This document shows, piece by piece, positions 59,739 through 64,000 of a DNA stretch of 64,000 nucleotides. Source of the DNA: the human T2T-CHM13v2.0 reference genome, Homo sapiens; assembly GCF_009914755.1 (NCBI RefSeq), contig NC_060938.1, one strand, 5' to 3'. Position 1 is the first letter of the stretch, and the number at the start of each line of letters is the position of its first letter. The notes beneath the pieces are model-generated. The model ran no database searches. It saw only the letters and a program-made list of their open reading frames with translations, and had not been told where the DNA came from. The position numbers and the translations under genes are program-made.

Positions 59739-60080
59739 TGATGGCAGCAGGGGCCCATCTGGAGTGGCCACTGTGAGGAAGCCGGCTGCACCAGGGCAGG
59801 CGTGGCTGAGGCTGTGGGGAGCTACCAGGGGCCAGGAGCAGGCTGGAGCCCAGTCCCCTACCAAGTTGGCGGGAGCGGGAGTCCAGTGCTCCTCAGCGCA
59901 GCTACTGTCGCCAGTCGGGGCTCTGGACCAGGCATCCTTGCGTTCTCAGGGTCCAGGAAGCCCCACTTCCCCCACAGGCTCAGAAGTGCCTGCTCCCGCT
60001 CCCTGGCTTCTCGCAGCTCCTGGAACCCTCTCTGATTTCGGAACAAAGTTGAAGCCAAGCCCAGGCGCTGTAGCCCGGAC
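59739..60080 (+). mobile_element. MER52-family ERV1 LTR, 5' fragment (GC-rich island)
   Basis: tgatggcagcaggggcccatctggagtggcc...caggctcagaagtgcctgctccc...gaacaaagttgaagccaagccc. Confidence 0.8.
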
Positions 60081-61029
60081 TTTGGCACCTGATACCTGTT
60101 TCCTACGTCACTTATTTTAGTAGCTCTGCATATATGGAGATGCATGTTTTAAACATATAATGCAGAAAATTTATTATTCTTTACTTAAACATTTTAGTCC
60201 TATTATTTTGCATTTCTATTTCCTAAGTATTTTGTTCCTTTACTTATATTATAAAGATATTATTTTGTTTTCTTCTAACACATTTAAAGATTCACTATGT
60301 TCATTTATGTCATTAGCACAGCTAAAATTTATTTTTATGTCATGTGAGATAATCAGATTTTATCTTTTCCATACGAACATCAATTGCCTCAAAATTATTT
60401 ATTTAAAAAAATAGATTCTATCATTCTCATTTTTTTCATGATAGCAATTGCTAAGTATCCCAACTCTCTCTAAGCATGGGGCCATTTCTCAATCTTATTC
60501 AACTAGTATTTGTAAATTTGTCTTTTCCTTTTAAACAATGTATATTTCTTAAGTCTGGACATCTGGAAGGAAATGTGTTATCTTTGAAATTTCTTTAATA
60601 GTCTTATTTTTCTTCCTTTATCTACTTCTTTATTTTGCCGTATACATTGTTAAAAATCAGATTGCCAACATTTTTAAAACTATAATATTTTCACTACTAT
60701 TGCATTGCATTTCTCATTTATTTGGATAGGAATAACATACTTTTATGCACAAGAAAAACATTCATTCTGTGCCTTTTATACCTTTCAATACATGTAACAG
60801 ATACTACAAATTTTTGTTATATTTAATTTTTTCTTATATAAATTATTTGTATTATTCTAATAGGCTATTATTAAATTGTAGGTGTGTTATTGATTGTATT
60901 TGTGTTGGAGCGTGGGAAATATGTGCTTGTATCTAAAAGGAGAGCTCAGAGAGAGATAGAACTTGTTTTTCCCATCAACTAAAACCTTTTATTGGCATAA
61001 CATTTAATCATTATGTCTCCTTCGTGTGC

Positions 61030-61880
61030 TCTCCTTCCAGCTTTCTCAGTCTTGTCTTATTTTTCATGATTTCAACAGTTTGAAAATTACTGGTCTGGTA
61101 TTTTGTAGACTATCCCTCACTTTAGGTTTATACAATTCTTTTTCATGATTAGATGGGGGTTAGAGCTCTTGGTAAGACTATCACAGAAAGTAAAGTGCCT
61201 TTTCACAGCATGATATCAGGGGTAACATAATATCTACATGACATCATGGTGACACTAACCTTGATCACTTGGGCAATAGGATTTTTGCCAAGCTCCTCTC
61301 CAATGTAAAATTATTATTTTCCTTTGGAAGCAAGTCAGTGTGCCTAGCCCATACTCAAGAAAAGTGGGTGTTGTGGTTGGTCCGTGTCCCCACCCAGAGA
61401 TTTCATCTTGAGTTGTGGCTCCCATGATTCCCACGTGCTGTGGGAAGGACCTGGTGGGAGGTGGTTGAATCATTGGTGCGGGTCTTTCCTGTGATGTTCT
61501 GGTGACAGTGAATAAGTCTCGTGAGATCTGATGGTTTTATAAAGGGGAGGTCCCCTGCACACGCTCTCTTTCCTGTTGCCATGTAAGATGTGCCATTCTC
61601 CTCTTTCACCTTCCACCATGATTGTGAGTCCTCCCCAGCCATGTGGAACTGTGAGTCCATTAAACCTCTTATTCTTTATAAATTACCCAGTCTCAGGTAT
61701 GTCTTTATTAGCAGCATGAGAACTAAGACAGTGGGATTAAGCTCACCTCTTTGAGGGGAGATTATTTATGTATATTAATTGGAATTCTTCTGTAAGAATG
61801 ATTTATTTCTTCTCTTCCATTTATTTAATCATTCAGTTATATCACTATGGACTCATAGCTGTATATTTTATCGTAAGATT
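61030..61880 (-). mobile_element. L1MC/MD 3' region interrupted by THE1B
   Basis: tactggtctggtattttgtagac...aaccttgatcacttgg...; resumes after 61735 with ttggaattcttctgtaag. Confidence 0.75.
61369..61730 (+). mobile_element. THE1B solo LTR
   Basis: THE1 body; perfect TSD GTGGG at 61364 and 61731. Confidence 0.94.
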
Positions 61881-63543
61881 TTAATTTTTTTGTGTGTTAT
61901 ATTTTAAAGAACCTTATTACTATTACCATGAACTCATTAAAATAATTGGAAAACAATTATTTCACTGTGTGCTGAAATAGAAAAATAGAATTGAAAATAC
62001 CCATTATACTCATTCCTGAAGGGTTTGAAAATATTCATCTATGCAGCTATCTGGAGGGATGGGTAGTAGTGCTTTCTCAGTTTGTCGTTTTCACAGATTC
62101 TTCTAAAACTTTAATGCATTTGACTTTTCCAGAATCAAGAAAAACCATATTGCCTTGATACACCCAAGTCATACTGCAAGTCATACTGTGTTGATACACC
62201 CAGGTGGGTAAAATTTTCCTTGTGTGTCCAAAAATAAGACATTTAAATTTATAATCAAACTTTTGTCTCTTCTCTTAAATGTGTCTTCATTAATTACCTC
62301 CCTTTTATATTCCATTTAGAGTTCTTAAACCATGCATCAAATCATGGGTTTTGTTTCACTAAACACAGAATTTGTCTTTGTGGCACATGCATGAGTTATA
62401 ATTAAATTCCTTCTTTTCAGTACAGTTTCTTAAGAAGTATAAATGCAGATTGTACTAACTATGGATACACTAATGTATGCTTATCCAGAAAGTGTGACCA
62501 TAACATTCCTATCTATTGATATTAATGGACAGGCAAACTTGCATTCCCAGTGGCAAGCAGGTTATCTCTCTCTCAAGAGTTTTGTGACTTACCATATTTG
62601 TGTTGACATGCTTTCTCTAAAATGATATTATATCACAGTGTTTTGCTCTGTTTTAGTATTACCTGCCGGGCAAAATTATTCTTCTTGACAGTAAATTGTC
62701 TCTTGAAATGTCAGTTCCCTGCTTTAAAATTCCTTTCATCTATCATCATACCCCTATCATTCCTTTAATTAGATTTTTCTTAAGTTAGAAAAATATTTTA
62801 GATTATTTCTCATGGAGGCTTACAAATTAGCCCCTCCTTCTTTTTCCATCCCTTCTTATTAGCTTTCTTGGGTTTCTTTATTCATTATTAGTGCAGTATA
62901 CATGGATCTGTAGAAGGCATGGCCTTCCTCTGGCATCTCTCACTATTATGCGAGGCTTTTTCCCTCTGTAGTCTTCCTTAAAAAATGTTCAATAGTCAAA
63001 AACTTGCATTTATCACCGCAGGAGGAAAAAAAAAAGTACAAATTGTTTTGAATACTTGCATCACTCAGGCAAAGAAAAAAAAAAAGAAGACTCAGTGTCA
63101 AAAGAGAGAGGCAAAAAATATGTGTCTGCCACAGCTTAGAGACTTTTCCAGGTAAGACATGATAAAATACATCACAAGGACCGATTGCCAAGGACAGATC
63201 ATTCTTCCTACTCTAGTGCAGAATTATTTACTACATAGGAACTGTAGGTGATTTTTATTCAGCCATGATTGTTTTGTGCAAATTGAACATGTTGCCAGTT
63301 TTTCAACTGGTCTAAGGTATACAGAAAACTTTCCTGTTGGAAGCCTTTCTTGTTCCACCAAAGAGGAGTATAATTATGCAGCTGGAACTAGCTTTAAACA
63401 TTTTATGCAAGATGAAGAAAAGAAACAAGATAGTCACGTGTAATAGGCTTTTACTTAAAGCTCTGGATGAAGCTATAACCACCATGTACATCGAAGACAG
63501 TGTTAAGAGAAAGAAAAACCCATGAATCCCTCAATCTATATCT

Positions 63544-63593
63544 TCTTACTGATTGTACGGACTGTTTTAAACCTGTCTGTACAATCAGTAAGA
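63544..63593. repeat. Near-perfect 50-bp palindrome
   Basis: tcttactgattgtac (63544-63558) is the exact reverse complement of gtacaatcagtaaga (63579-63593); 22 of 25 positions pair. Confidence 0.95.
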
Positions 63594-63879
63594 GGCAAAA
63601 ATCACATCTACAAGTGTGAATTGGATAAAAGTCTACTTTATCTTGACTTTATCTTGTAAATGACTTACATGTGCCAAAGAAACCATGCTGAGAGCAACTC
63701 TTCTGTTGATTCTGGAGTGATGATGGTAAATTTATAAAAACATCTGAGTTGCACAATGGAAAACACTACAATATGTAAATAGCGTAGATGTGTGATCTTT
63801 GACAAATCACTTCATATCTCTGGTCTATGATCTATAGGATTCATTCAATTCTAAATTTTCAGTGACTCCAAGGCAATGC

Positions 63880-63953
63880 TATTTGATATGTGATTCCAAG
63901 ACCAGCAGCATCAATATCATCTGGGAGCTGGTAAGAAATGCAATTTTTATTTT

Positions 63954-63984
<31 letters not shown>

Positions 63985-64000
63985 TTTTTTGAGACAGAGT
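63880..64000. mobile_element. MER5A-like fragment followed by the tail and start of an antisense Alu at the window edge
   Basis: gaccagcagcatcaatatcatctgggagctggtaagaaatgcaa; (TTTA)n + ttttgagacagagt. Confidence 0.75.

Noticed and set aside
59722-60145. GC-rich island with ORFs resembling a promoter or first exon
   Set aside because: Explained by a MER52-type LTR fragment with abrupt boundaries.

Overview
AT-rich, repeat-dense hominoid (human/great-ape-like) genomic DNA, intergenic or deep intronic. The presence of SVA, AluY/S/J, L1PA and THE1 supports this assignment. I found no recognisable protein-coding gene, RNA gene or CRISPR array, and the listed ORFs are explained by Alu, L1 ORF2, SVA VNTR, LTR or low-complexity sequence. 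I do not see a new biological system. The notable features are molecular fossils of retrotransposition and repair. (1) A 5'-truncated SVA is fused through a 5-bp TCCAG microhomology to a twin-primed L1PA that has lost its 3' end and one TSD, probably an SVA-associated deletion (6129-9100). (2) That L1 shares eight non-consensus, mostly amino-acid-changing substitutions with a second L1PA 15,721 bp away, which suggests local gene conversion. (3) A three-tier LTR nest (9234-13300) contains a full MST provirus and a poly(A)-only insertion. (4) An AluY near 57.9 kb lost its CpGs almost only by transversion. (5) There are near-perfect de novo palindromes at 19.1-19.3 kb and 63.55 kb, an Alu monomer with a non-Alu tail at 40.2 kb, and a candidate minus-strand exon at 56.3-56.5 kb. 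Repeat subfamily names come from recalled consensus sequences and need RepeatMasker/Dfam confirmation. Boundaries of ancient repeats are approximate.
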